Origin: an uncultured Gammaproteobacteria bacterium
GTDB lineage: Bacteria; Actinomycetota; Acidimicrobiia; Spongiisociales; ZC4RG35
Reading direction: 5' to 3'
DNA: 47,735 nt
NCBI GenBank assembly: GCA_964194995.1
Contig: CAXMPS010000227.1
Location: forward strand, 1 to 47,735
Made by a program: the position numbers and the translations under genes. This document shows, in pieces, positions 19,999-29,263 of this stretch. Numbering within the stretch: position 1 is the first letter of the stretch; the number at the start of each line of letters is the position of its first letter. Under the pieces are notes generated by a model, which was not told the DNA's origin, did not search any database, and saw only the letters and a list, made by a program, of their open reading frames with translations.

Positions 19999-21156
19999 AT
20001 GTTGCGGTTTCTGACGGCGGGCGAATCACACGGGCCAGGCCTGGTCACCATTGTCGAAGGCCTACCGGCTGGGTTGGCAGTGTCTGCGGAGGGAATCTCC
20101 GCGGAGTTGGCTCGGCGGCGCCTCGGATTCGGCAGAGGCAAGCGCATGTCGCTCGAGAGAGACCAGCTTGAGATCCTCGGCGGTGTCCGACATGGCCTCA
20201 CATTGGGCTCGCCCGTCGCTGTAGTAGTACGTAATACGGAGTGGCCCAAGTGGGAGGAGATCATGAGTCCCGGGGCGGGAGACCCAGGTAAGAAGATCAG
20301 CCGTCCCCGACCCGGTCACGCCGACCTCCCCGGAATGCTCAAGTACGACACCGACGATGCACGAAACATCCTGGAACGGGCATCAGCGCGTGAGACCGCC
20401 GCTCGAACCGTCGTCGGTTACCTGGCCAAAGAACTTCTGCGTTTGGTCGGTGGAGCCGTTGTCAGCCATGTGACCGCGATCGGGAAGGCGACGTATGAGG
20501 GTCCGCCGCCCGGCCCCGAGGATCTTGAGGCAATCGATGCCAGCCCCGTCCGTTGTATCGACTCGCAGGCCACTGCGGCCATGGTCGCCCTGATCGAAGA
20601 CGCGGTGGCCAAGAAGGACACCCTCGGCGGAGTGTTCGAGGTGCTCGCTTTTGGGGTACCACCCGGAATCGGATCCCATGTCCATCACGATCGTCGTCTT
20701 GACGGCTTGATTGCTGGGGGGCTCATGTCGATCCCTGCGATCAAGGGGGTCGAGATCGGCAGCGGGTTCGAGGTGGCGGTCGGCGACGGGTCAGCGGCTC
20801 ATGACGAGATTGTCCAGGGCTCAGAGGGCCTTACCCGGCTGTCCAATCGGGCCGGTGGCATCGAGGGTGGGATATCCAACGGGCAGCCGATTAGAGCGCG
20901 GGCGGCCATGAAGCCGATTTCAACTCTGATGAGACCCCTTCAGACGGTTGACATGGACACCGGCAAGCCGGCTCAGGCAGTCAGGGAGCGATCGGACGTA
21001 TGTGCGGTGCCCGCTGCCGCAGTGGTAGGCGAGCAGATGGTCGCTATCGCCCTTGCGGGCGAATACATGCGAAAGTTCGGCGGCGACACCGTTGATGATT
21101 TCAAGGGCGGTTTCGATTCGTATCTGTCGCGGCTTCAGGATCGAATCAGCAAGTGA
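19999..21156 (+). CDS. aroC: chorismate synthase
   Basis: The track ORF opens at 19933 inside the previous gene. The in-frame ATG at 19999 gives the canonical MLRFLTAGESHGPGL. RPGHADL and RSDVCAVPAAAVV are present. Confidence 0.94.
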   Translation: MLRFLTAGESHGPGLVTIVEGLPAGLAVSAEGISAELARRRLGFGRGKRMSLERDQLEILGGVRHGLTLGSPVAVVVRNTEWPKWEEIMSPGAGDPGKKISRPRPGHADLPGMLKYDTDDARNILERASARETAARTVVGYLAKELLRLVGGAVVSHVTAIGKATYEGPPPGPEDLEAIDASPVRCIDSQATAAMVALIEDAVAKKDTLGGVFEVLAFGVPPGIGSHVHHDRRLDGLIAGGLMSIPAIKGVEIGSGFEVAVGDGSAAHDEIVQGSEGLTRLSNRAGGIEGGISNGQPIRARAAMKPISTLMRPLQTVDMDTGKPAQAVRERSDVCAVPAAAVVGEQMVAIALAGEYMRKFGGDTVDDFKGGFDSYLSRLQDRISK

Positions 21157-21656
21157 CGCTTTGGCTGGTGGGAATGATGGGCGCCGGCAAGACCACGGCG
21201 GGCGAGCTCGCTGCCATCGCCCTGGACCGGAAGTTCTTCGACACCGACGGAGAGATTGCTCGAAGGATGGGATGTTCGATCGCCCAACTGTGGGGCCAAG
21301 TCGGGGAGGATTCCTTTCGCGACATGGAAAGAGCGACCATCGCCAGGCTGGCCGATTCCGACGCTGTGGTGAGTGCGGGCGGAGGGGCGCCGGTGGATCC
21401 GTCAAACCGTGCTGCCATGTCCCTGTCCGGCACGTGCGTCTGGCTCAAAGCAGAACCGGCGATCCTGAGTGAGCGTCTCGATGGGGGCGAGGAGCGCCCG
21501 TTGCTTCAAGGACACGACAGTCGGGAGGAAACACTGAGGCGCGTCCTCGCCGACCGCGCCACCTTCTATGGAGAAGTAGCCGACTACGAGATTGAAACCG
21601 ACTCGTTGGACCCCGCCGCGGTGGCCGCCGACATAGTGGAATGGTGGTCGAAGTGA
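21153..21656 (+). CDS. aroK: shikimate kinase
   Basis: 167 aa with a GTGA overlap onto aroC. Walker A is LVGMMGAGKTT, and FRDMERATI and the GGG loop are present. Confidence 0.9.
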   Translation: MTLWLVGMMGAGKTTAGELAAIALDRKFFDTDGEIARRMGCSIAQLWGQVGEDSFRDMERATIARLADSDAVVSAGGGAPVDPSNRAAMSLSGTCVWLKAEPAILSERLDGGEERPLLQGHDSREETLRRVLADRATFYGEVADYEIETDSLDPAAVAADIVEWWSK

Positions 21657-22669
21657 TCATGGGAGGTCGGACGGAGATGGTCATCGCGGCCGGTTTGCCT
21701 GACCATATTCTTCCGAAGCGGGAGGGGCGTGCCCGCGTGGCAGTTTTGACCCAACCAGGAGCCACGAATCACGCGACGAATGTTGCCAGTTCGATTCGGG
21801 CTGACGGCTACGAAGTCGAGATGATCGGCCTTCCTGACCGCGACGGAGCGAAGAGCCTCGATGTCGCCGCGTCGGTCTACGAGACCCTTGCTCGGTTCGG
21901 GTTAGGGCGGCAGGACACCCTTGTGGGAGTCGGAGGCGGGTCTGTCACCGACCTCACTGGATTCGTGGCGGGCACCTGGATGCGGGGCGTAGAGGTGGTG
22001 CATGTCCCCACCACGCTCCTGGGAGCAGTCGATGCGTCGATCGGCGGGAAGACCGGAGTCAACCTGGCGGGTAAGAACTTGGTTGGTGTGTTTTGGCACC
22101 CAATCCGCGTGGTGGTTGACACCACGATCCTCGATGACTTGCCCGGCTCGCTGCTTCGCGAGGGGTTGGCAGAAGCGCTGAAGGTCGGTCTCATAGGTGA
22201 CCCTCACCTGGTCGAGCTTTTGGAGGCACACGGCGTGGAAGCGCCTATCGGTGAGGTGGTACGGCGCGCGACTGAGGTCAAGAGCCGCATCGTCGACAGT
22301 GACGAACGCGAGCAGGGGGAACGAGCGTTTCTCAATTTCGGTCACACAATCGGCCATGCCGTCGAGTTCGCGTCGACCCTCTCACACGGCGAGAGCGTTG
22401 GTCTCGGAATGGTGGCAGCCGCCCGAATATCACAGGAGAGAGATGGTTTTTTGGAGGCTGAGCGGGTGACAGCGGCCATATCTGAGCTCGGCAATCCGGT
22501 GAAGGTGAGCGGACTGGACCCGGCGCGAGTCAAAGACCTGCTCCGCCATGACAAGAAGCGCGATGCGGAGGGCCTCAGGATGGTTCTTCTCGAATCCATT
22601 GGCCGCCCTGTTGTTCGTCACGTCGACTCAGATGAGATCGACATTGGCCTTGCGGCGATAAATCTCTGA
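21641..22669 (+). CDS. aroB: 3-dehydroquinate synthase
   Basis: 342 aa. Motifs GGGSVTDLTGFVA, VPTTLLGAVDASIGGKTGVN and FGHTIGHAVE are present. The start may be ATG 21659 rather than 21641. Confidence 0.92.
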   Translation: MVVEVIMGGRTEMVIAAGLPDHILPKREGRARVAVLTQPGATNHATNVASSIRADGYEVEMIGLPDRDGAKSLDVAASVYETLARFGLGRQDTLVGVGGGSVTDLTGFVAGTWMRGVEVVHVPTTLLGAVDASIGGKTGVNLAGKNLVGVFWHPIRVVVDTTILDDLPGSLLREGLAEALKVGLIGDPHLVELLEAHGVEAPIGEVVRRATEVKSRIVDSDEREQGERAFLNFGHTIGHAVEFASTLSHGESVGLGMVAAARISQERDGFLEAERVTAAISELGNPVKVSGLDPARVKDLLRHDKKRDAEGLRMVLLESIGRPVVRHVDSDEIDIGLAAINL

Positions 22670-22709
22670 TCCGATTACCGTCCTGGGCCGCAGCCTCGAG
22701 GACCCCAGA

Positions 22710-23267
22710 TTGATAAGCACGAATGATGTGAAACCGGGCATGGCCCTGGAGTTGTCAGATGGGCTTTTCACGATTGTTGAGTACCAGCACGTCAAGCCGG
22801 GCAAGGGCAAGGCGTTTGTCCGGATGAAGCTCAAGAAACTAGAGACCGGACAGGTTCTGGATCGGACCTTCCGAGCCGATGAGAAGGTTGAACAGGCCTT
22901 TATCGATCGGCGCAATCATCAGTACCTATACCGGGATGACCTGGGATTCCACTTCATGAACCTCGAGGACTTTGGTCAGATGGCCATCAGTCAGGAAGAT
23001 GTCGGCTCCGCTGCAAGCTATCTCGTCGACGGCATGACTGTCAGTCTCACGCTCTATCAGGGCACTCCGATTGGCGTCGATCTTCCATCGTCTGTCGAGT
23101 TGGAAGTCACTTACGCTGAACCGGCCGTAAAGGGTGACACCAGAACCGGCGCGACCAAGTCGGTGCGACTCGAGACCGGCCTGGAGATACAGGTTCCCCT
23201 GTTTGTCGAGCAAGGAGACCGGGTGAAGGTCGATACGCGTAGCGGCGGTTACCTGACGCGGACATGA
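22710..23267 (+). CDS. efp: elongation factor P
   Basis: 185 aa with a TTG start. It contains ISTNDVKPGMALELSDGLFTIVEYQHVKPGKGKAFVRMKLK. Confidence 0.95.
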   Translation: MISTNDVKPGMALELSDGLFTIVEYQHVKPGKGKAFVRMKLKKLETGQVLDRTFRADEKVEQAFIDRRNHQYLYRDDLGFHFMNLEDFGQMAISQEDVGSAASYLVDGMTVSLTLYQGTPIGVDLPSSVELEVTYAEPAVKGDTRTGATKSVRLETGLEIQVPLFVEQGDRVKVDTRSGGYLTRT

Positions 23268-23310
23268 CGAGCGGTAGTCGCACGAGTGATGAGGGACGCC
23301 GGAACCATTC

Positions 23311-23868
23311 ATGAGTCGGGTCACTAGATCCTCGAGCCATGTGACCGTCCCGGCGAGAGTATCCGTGTCGGACTTTGCCGACGCCGTTGGCAAGCCAATA
23401 TCAGAGGTGCAAGCCGTGCTCGAATCTCGAGATGAGCCGTCGGCGCCTGATGACCTAATCGACTCCGGGCAGTCCGATGCGGTGGGCAAGGTTTTGGGCC
23501 TTGAGATCAGGGTAGAGCCACGGGACCTCGCTCTGGAAACCTTGTATGAGATGGAAGCCCGAGACGAGATAGAAGTACCGCGTCTCCCAGACCGGGCGGA
23601 CACCCTGGTCAGGGGGGTTCTGGCCAGTAAGGAGTCACTCGATCACGCGATCGAGTCTGCTTCCGAGCATTGGAGGGTGGCCCGGATGCCCGTGATCGAC
23701 CGTGCGATCCTCAGGCTCGGCCTCTACGAGTTGAAGCATCATCCGGATATACCAACCGCGGTGGTCGTGTCAGAGGCCGTGCGCCTAGCCAAGACCTATT
23801 CGACTGAACGATCCGGATCGTTCGTCAATGGCGTTCTGGCAACGCTCGCCCGTTCCGAACGGGGTTAG
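23311..23868 (+). CDS. nusB: transcription antitermination factor NusB with a ~70-aa N-terminal extension
   Basis: The NusB core runs from ~aa 71 (RDLALETLYEME...IDRAILRLGLYEL...EAVRLAKTYSTERSGSFVNGVLATL). The N-terminal 70 aa resemble an IF2_N-type helical module (VSVSDFADAVGKPISEVQAVL...AVGKVLGLEIRVE). Confidence 0.85.
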   Translation: MSRVTRSSSHVTVPARVSVSDFADAVGKPISEVQAVLESRDEPSAPDDLIDSGQSDAVGKVLGLEIRVEPRDLALETLYEMEARDEIEVPRLPDRADTLVRGVLASKESLDHAIESASEHWRVARMPVIDRAILRLGLYELKHHPDIPTAVVVSEAVRLAKTYSTERSGSFVNGVLATLARSERG

Positions 23869-23920
23869 GGCCGATGACAACTCGGATGGCCGCCCTTCCG
23901 TCACTCTTGAAATACCTCAC

Positions 23921-25186
23921 ATGATCCTCATCTTCAATGCGCTCGTCTTCACTGGTCAGAGTATGAAGCAGCGTGATGTGCTCATCGAGGGCGAGACCAT
24001 CACCGAGGTCGGGTCTATTTCAGCGCCTCCTGGAGCCTCCGTGATTGATGCGACCGGGATGGTGCTGGGACCAGGCCTGGTCGACCTCCACGTCCACTTT
24101 CGCCAGCCGGGTCAGGAATGGAAGGAGAACATCGATAGCGGCTCACGGGCTGCCGTCGCCGGCGGATACACGGCGGTGATGATGATGCCCAACACGATTC
24201 CCGCCATAGATTCCGAAGAGATAGCTCGTGAGATGATTGCCATCGGCAGAGCGTCGGGCCGCCTGGAGATAGCGGTGGCGGGCGCAATAACGGCTGGCCG
24301 CCAGGGCGAGTCGCTGAGCGAGATAGCGGGCCTTCATCGAGCCGGTGTCAGGATCTTCAGCGATGACGGTGACTGCGTCGCCGACGGCACACTGCTCCGG
24401 GAGGCAATGTCACTCGTGGCCCGATGGCCCGGGGCCCTCATTGCCGAGCACGCCGAGGATATTTCGCTGACCGTCGGTGGCCACATGCATGAAGGCGGGG
24501 TGTCGGCAGGTCACGGTATCGCCGGCCTGCCAACTCGGGCCGAAGTGGACGTTGTCAGCCGCGATATCGGTCTGGCCCGCGAGACAGGTGCTCGACTTCA
24601 TGTCCAACATCTCTCCGCATCGGGCAGTGTTGATCTCGTCCGTGATGCCAAACTCGAAGGCCTGCCTGTGACCGCTGAAGTGACTCCTCATCACCTCTCG
24701 CTCACAGATCATGCCCTGAGCACCCTCGACCCGAATCTAAAGATGTACCCACCCCTACGCGAGGAGTCGGATCAGCTGGCCCTCACCGAGGCTCTCGTTT
24801 CAGGAGTGATTGATATCGTTGCGACTGACCATGCGCCCCATGCAGTCGAGGACAAGGCGGTTCCCTTCGAGGACGCCCCCCGGGGTGTGATCGGCCTGGA
24901 GACCGCGATGCCACTGGTCCTGGAGGCACTGGGGCGCAATGTCGCAATGATGTTTGATCGAATGAGCGTCATGCCGGCTCGTCTGGGCGGCTTTGAGCGT
25001 CACGGCCGCCCGGTCGCATCTGGCGAACCGGCCAATCTTGTTCTGTTCGATCCAGAGGGAAGGGTCACACCAGGGAAATTCCAGTCGAAATCGTCAAACA
25101 GCCCGTTTCTAGGACAGTCGTTGCGGGGCCGGATCGTGACGACTATCTACGAGGGTGGTATCCAGGATGAGGGAACGATGAGATGA
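23921..25186 (+). CDS. pyrC: dihydroorotase
   Basis: The track ORF opens at 23828 inside nusB. The in-frame ATG at 23921 (MILIFNALVF) is the likely start. VDLHVHFRQPG and ATDHAPH are present. Confidence 0.92.
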   Translation: MILIFNALVFTGQSMKQRDVLIEGETITEVGSISAPPGASVIDATGMVLGPGLVDLHVHFRQPGQEWKENIDSGSRAAVAGGYTAVMMMPNTIPAIDSEEIAREMIAIGRASGRLEIAVAGAITAGRQGESLSEIAGLHRAGVRIFSDDGDCVADGTLLREAMSLVARWPGALIAEHAEDISLTVGGHMHEGGVSAGHGIAGLPTRAEVDVVSRDIGLARETGARLHVQHLSASGSVDLVRDAKLEGLPVTAEVTPHHLSLTDHALSTLDPNLKMYPPLREESDQLALTEALVSGVIDIVATDHAPHAVEDKAVPFEDAPRGVIGLETAMPLVLEALGRNVAMMFDRMSVMPARLGGFERHGRPVASGEPANLVLFDPEGRVTPGKFQSKSSNSPFLGQSLRGRIVTTIYEGGIQDEGTMR

Positions 25187-25308
25187 TTGATCCCAAGCCG
25201 GGTCTTGTGGGTGCTGCCGATCGGGACGTCTTGAGGGGACGCTCGTTCGCCAGTCTCGACGCCATCACCCGGTCGACAGGGCTCAAGGAATGGCGCGAGT
25301 CCGGATGA
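25183..25308 (+). CDS. 41-codon ORF coupled by ATGA overlaps at both ends (possible CarA N-terminal relic)
   Basis: Its ATG overlaps the pyrC TGA (agATGAtt). Its TGA overlaps ATG 25305, which gives the PyrD N-terminus MKTRLGSLEL. The product is MIDPKPGLVGAADRDVLRGRSFASLDAITRSTGLKEWRESG. The segment D..V[LF]RGRSF[AG] resembles the CarA N-terminal consensus as I remember it. Confidence 0.3.
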   Translation: MIDPKPGLVGAADRDVLRGRSFASLDAITRSTGLKEWRESG

Positions 25309-26207
25309 AGACCAGGCTGGGATCGCTAGAGCTTCGATCCCCACTGATCGCGGCTTCGGGCACTGTCGGCTCGGTTTGGGAATGGGCATCGGTGGCGGAT
25401 GTGTCGCAATATGGCGCAGCCGTGGCGAAATCGGTGTCTGCCGAGCCATGGCCGGGCCACCCTGCCCCCCGGTTGGCCCCGACAGACGTCGGCATGCTGA
25501 ACGGTATCGGCATCCAGAATCCCGGTATTCAGATCTGGGCCCGGAGGATGACAGGCCACATGGCAGCGACTGATGTCCCCATCTGGGGCTCGGCTGTGGG
25601 AGGGAGTGCCAGCGAGTTCGCGGAGGTGGCAGAGGGGTTGGAGGGTGCGGGCGTTCCTGCGATTGAGGTGAACCTGTCCTGTCCCAACCTCGAGAATGGG
25701 GCGATGTTCTCCTACGACGCCGCTCTTTCGGCGAGCGTCGTGCGTGAGGTTATCTCGAGCGTGACCGTGCCGGTAGGGGCCAAGCTGTCGCCCAACACAC
25801 CCGATTTGATCGAGGTGGCGAAGGGATGCATGAATGCCGGGGCGGAATTTCTGACATTGACCAACTCAGCATTGGGGTTTGGGCTATCGGTGGAGTCGGC
25901 TCGGCCTTCGTTGTCCGTTGGAGCAGGGGGATACAGCGGGCCCGGTCTCAAGCCCATCTCGTTGCGCTGCGTTTTCGAAGTTGCTCGCGCCATGCCGGGG
26001 ACACCGATAGTCGGGTGTGGGGGAGTGGTATCGGGGCGAGATGTGGTGGAGTACCTGATGGCAGGTGCATCCGCAGTGGCCCTGGGGACGATCCATCTGG
26101 CGGAGCCAAAGGCGGGCGTGCGTATCTTGAGGGAATTGCAACACGAGTTGACACGGCTGGGCGTCGAATCTGTGAAAGATCTGATTGGGACTGTTGAACC
26201 ATGGTGA
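25290..26207 (+). CDS. pyrD: dihydroorotate dehydrogenase, class 1 (Cys catalytic base)
   Basis: 305 aa. LELRSPLIAASGT is present, and NLSCPN places Cys at the catalytic-base position, where class 2 enzymes have Ser. The start is either ATG 25290 or ATG 25305. Confidence 0.9.
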   Translation: MARVRMKTRLGSLELRSPLIAASGTVGSVWEWASVADVSQYGAAVAKSVSAEPWPGHPAPRLAPTDVGMLNGIGIQNPGIQIWARRMTGHMAATDVPIWGSAVGGSASEFAEVAEGLEGAGVPAIEVNLSCPNLENGAMFSYDAALSASVVREVISSVTVPVGAKLSPNTPDLIEVAKGCMNAGAEFLTLTNSALGFGLSVESARPSLSVGAGGYSGPGLKPISLRCVFEVARAMPGTPIVGCGGVVSGRDVVEYLMAGASAVALGTIHLAEPKAGVRILRELQHELTRLGVESVKDLIGTVEPW

Positions 26208-26911
26208 GTCCGGTAGTCGTCGCTCTTGACTTCCCGTCTCTGGCCGAGGCCCGCTCGGTGGCGCAAATGGTCAAGCCGCACGTTGGTGCCTTCAAGGTTG
26301 GCCTCGAGCTTCTCTGGGCCGAGGGACCTGATGTGATTCCAACCATCGTTGGCCTGGGCCTGCCCGTATTCGTTGACGCCAAGCTGCACGACATTCCCAA
26401 CACTGTCAACCGGTCAGCACGAGCGTTGGGGATGCGAGGTGCCCGGTGGGTAACTGTTCATGCGACTGGAGGACCGGCCATGATCGAAGCGGCGGTCGCG
26501 GGCATCGAAGCGGGATCTTCGGAGGCGGGAATCCTCGCCGTCACAGTCCTCACCTCCATCGACGAAGCCACGATGGCCGCAGTCGGTCTCCAGGGCCCTG
26601 CCAGCCGGCGGGTCGCCTCGCTCTCAACACTTGCAGCCTCGGCTGGCGCCGAGGGCGTTGTCTGTTCGGTGGCGGAGGTATCCGATGTAAAGAGTGTTGT
26701 AGGAGAGCTTCTCGCAGTGACGCCCGGGATTCGGGGGACGGGCAGTCGTCCTGACGACCAGGTGCGGGTGGCCACCCCTGAGGCGGCGATGGCGGCGGGT
26801 GCCGATCTTCTCGTGATCGGAAGACCGATAACCAGGGCCCCGGACCCTGAGGCGGCAGCAGCGGCCATCGCAGAAGAACTCGCTCCATGGCGCTCGCGTC
26901 CAGTCCGGTGA
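26201..26911 (+). CDS. pyrF: orotidine 5'-phosphate decarboxylase
   Basis: 236 aa, overlapping the pyrD 3' end by 7 nt. Motifs VALDF and FVDAKLHDIPNTV are present, and LLVIGRPIT lies near the C-terminus. Confidence 0.92.
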   Translation: MVSPVVVALDFPSLAEARSVAQMVKPHVGAFKVGLELLWAEGPDVIPTIVGLGLPVFVDAKLHDIPNTVNRSARALGMRGARWVTVHATGGPAMIEAAVAGIEAGSSEAGILAVTVLTSIDEATMAAVGLQGPASRRVASLSTLAASAGAEGVVCSVAEVSDVKSVVGELLAVTPGIRGTGSRPDDQVRVATPEAAMAAGADLLVIGRPITRAPDPEAAAAAIAEELAPWRSRPVR

Positions 26912-26946
26912 GCTATGGTCGGCAGCCCGACCCCTGGGAGTGAGCA

Positions 26947-27261
26947 ATGCCCAAGCCTCCGCAGTTGACGGATGAGCAGAGAATGGCGGCCCTGGCCAAG
27001 GCCGCCGAGGCCAGAAAAGTGCGCGCAGAGACCAAGGAGCTCCTCAAGACAGGCTCCCTTCAACTCTCCGAGCTGTTTGAGGAGGCGGAGACCGACAAGA
27101 TCCTTGCCGGAATCAAGGTGGAGCGTCTTATTGCCGCCATGCCAGGCACAGGGAAGATCAAAGCCAAGAGGCTGATGGAGACTCTCGGGATCGCCGAAAA
27201 CCGGCGCATCCGTGGCCTGGGGACCAATCAAAAGGCGGCGCTTCTGTCCGAATTCTCTTGA
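26947..27261 (+). CDS. mihF: actinobacterial integration host factor (mIHF)
   Basis: 104 aa: PPQLTDEQRMAALAKAAEARKVRAE.K..LK.GSL.LSEL...IKVERLIAAMPGTGKIKAKRLME.LGIAENRRIRGLG.NQ. From memory this closely resembles Mycobacterium and Streptomyces mIHF. The gene sits upstream of gmk-rpoZ, as in those genera. Confidence 0.9.
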   Translation: MPKPPQLTDEQRMAALAKAAEARKVRAETKELLKTGSLQLSELFEEAETDKILAGIKVERLIAAMPGTGKIKAKRLMETLGIAENRRIRGLGTNQKAALLSEFS

Positions 27262-27262
27262 C

Positions 27263-27808
27263 GTGCCGGGCCGGCTGATTGTCATAACCGGACCATCCGG
27301 CTCGGGAAAGTCCACCATCATCCAGGCTCTCTTGGCGAAGACCGATGTCCAATTCTCGATCTCAGCAACCACGAGGTTACGTCGGCCCGGCGAGAAGGAT
27401 CGAGTGGACTACCTCTTCGTCTCTCCGCAGAAGTTCGAAGAAATGGTTGACAACGATCAGCTCCTCGAATGGGCCAGTTTCAACGATCGGCTGTATGGGA
27501 CTCCTGCTGAGGCCGTGAACCAGAGGATGGCCGACGGTCATGATGTCCTCCTTGACATTGAGATCCAAGGAGCGCGTCAAATCAGGGAGAAGTATCCGGA
27601 TGCATTGATGATCTTCATTTCCCCCCCGAGCATTGAGGAGTTGGAGAGACGCCTGCGACGTCGGGGAGACACCTCAGCATCCGACATCCAGGATCGACTC
27701 GAGATGGCCGTAGCGTTGGACGTTTCGTCCGATTTGTTCGACCACATCGTGGTGAACGAGGAAGTGGATGTAGCGATCGACAAGGTCGTCGACCTGATAA
27801 CCAGCTGA
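27263..27808 (+). CDS. gmk: guanylate kinase
   Basis: The track ORF opens at 27212 inside mihF. GTG 27263, 2 nt after the mihF stop, gives VPGRLIVITGPSGSGKST. ATTRLRRPGEKDRVDYLFVS is present. Confidence 0.9.
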   Translation: MPGRLIVITGPSGSGKSTIIQALLAKTDVQFSISATTRLRRPGEKDRVDYLFVSPQKFEEMVDNDQLLEWASFNDRLYGTPAEAVNQRMADGHDVLLDIEIQGARQIREKYPDALMIFISPPSIEELERRLRRRGDTSASDIQDRLEMAVALDVSSDLFDHIVVNEEVDVAIDKVVDLITS

Positions 27809-27851
27809 ATGTGGGGTAACCTGTGCGGGCTCACCCCTCTCGAAGGAATCC

Positions 27852-28073
27852 ATGAAACTCGAAAATGTCATCGACCAGATCGGTAATCGCTTCGCCACTG
27901 TTGTGGTTTCGGCCCGTCGTGCCAGGCAGATCAACGGGTACTTCCATCAGCTCGGCGTGGGGTATGGCGAGTTTGTGCCACCGCAGGTTCACACGCTGTC
28001 GCGGAAGCCGCTGACAATCGCGATGGAAGAGATCGCTGAAGGCAAGGTCGCCGTCGACACCGTTGAGGAGTAA
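27852..28073 (+). CDS. rpoZ: DNA-directed RNA polymerase subunit omega
   Basis: 73 aa, containing VIDQIGNRFATVVVSARRARQIN. Confidence 0.9.
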   Translation: MKLENVIDQIGNRFATVVVSARRARQINGYFHQLGVGYGEFVPPQVHTLSRKPLTIAMEEIAEGKVAVDTVEE

Positions 28074-29251
28074 TGCTTCACGGTCGGCGCATTCTTCTTT
28101 GCGTCACCGGTGGGGTAGCGGCATACAAATCGGCCTATTTGGCTAGACGACTGGTCGAGTCGGGCGCCAGCGTCCGGGTCGCGATGTCCGAGTCGGCTCT
28201 TGAGTTCATTGGAGCGCAGACATTCGCGGCGATAACGGGAAACCACCCTGTCACCTCCCTATTCGCGGACGAATCAGTGTCCCCACACACCGAGATGGCT
28301 CGTTGGGCCGATCTTGTGATCGTGGCACCGGCCACCGCAGCAACCATCGGACGAATAGCGGAAGGGATCTCCTCCGATTTGGTCAGCGCAACCATTCTCG
28401 CCACGACCGCTCCGATCCTGGTTGCGCCCGCGATGCACACCGAGATGTGGGAGAACCGTTCCACCCAGCGCAACATCGACCAGCTCAGGTCAGACGGCCA
28501 CCACCTCATCGGTCCTAGCGAAGGCTCTCTTGCCGGGGGAGACGTTGGTGTTGGCCGGGTCTCCGAGCCCGAGGAGATTCTCGAGGCCGCGAGCTCGATT
28601 CTGGAGGGAGACGCAGATGGGCGCGCTGTTCTCGTCACCGCCGGCGGTACCCGGGAACCCATCGATCCGGTGCGATACGTCGGTAATCGGTCATCAGGGA
28701 AGATGGGTCATGCAATTGCAGACGAGGCTGTTCGCCGCGGCTACGCGGTGACCTTGGTGACAACCTCCAGCCTGCCGGTTCATCCTGCGATCAAGATCGT
28801 CTCTGTTGAAACGGCTCAAGAGATGTACAGCGCGGTCAGTGATGTCGAGGCGGATGTTGCGGTAATGGCTGCTGCCGTTGCCGACTTTCGCCCCGCGGAG
28901 AGCCATAAGACGAAGCTGGCTCGGTCAGACGGGCTCGAGTCCATCCGACTCGAGGCGACACCCGACATTCTGGCTTCCGTCGTGTCACGATCGGAACCCC
29001 CCTATGTCGTCGGGTTCGCAGCTGAAACCGGTGGGGTGGAGAGGGCAATCGAGAAAGCGGAGCGCAAGAGCGTCGACCTCCTCGTCTACAACGATGTGTC
29101 CGAGCCGGGATCCGGATTCAACACCGACACCAACCGGGTCGTCCTCATCGGCCATCACGGCACGACCGAATCCCTTCCCCTATTGACCAAGGCCGAAGTT
29201 GCGGAAAAGATCTGGGATCGGATCGCCTCGGAGCTCAGTGAACGTGGATAG
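28073..29251 (+). CDS. coaBC: bifunctional phosphopantothenoylcysteine decarboxylase / phosphopantothenate--cysteine ligase
   Basis: 392 aa with a TAATG overlap onto rpoZ. The flavoprotein N-domain has LLCVTGGVAAYKS and PAMHTEMWE. The CoaB domain has VTAGGTREPIDPVRYVGNRSSGKMG. Confidence 0.93.
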   Translation: MLHGRRILLCVTGGVAAYKSAYLARRLVESGASVRVAMSESALEFIGAQTFAAITGNHPVTSLFADESVSPHTEMARWADLVIVAPATAATIGRIAEGISSDLVSATILATTAPILVAPAMHTEMWENRSTQRNIDQLRSDGHHLIGPSEGSLAGGDVGVGRVSEPEEILEAASSILEGDADGRAVLVTAGGTREPIDPVRYVGNRSSGKMGHAIADEAVRRGYAVTLVTTSSLPVHPAIKIVSVETAQEMYSAVSDVEADVAVMAAAVADFRPAESHKTKLARSDGLESIRLEATPDILASVVSRSEPPYVVGFAAETGGVERAIEKAERKSVDLLVYNDVSEPGSGFNTDTNRVVLIGHHGTTESLPLLTKAEVAEKIWDRIASELSERG

Positions 29252-29263
29252 AGTTCGCTGCTC

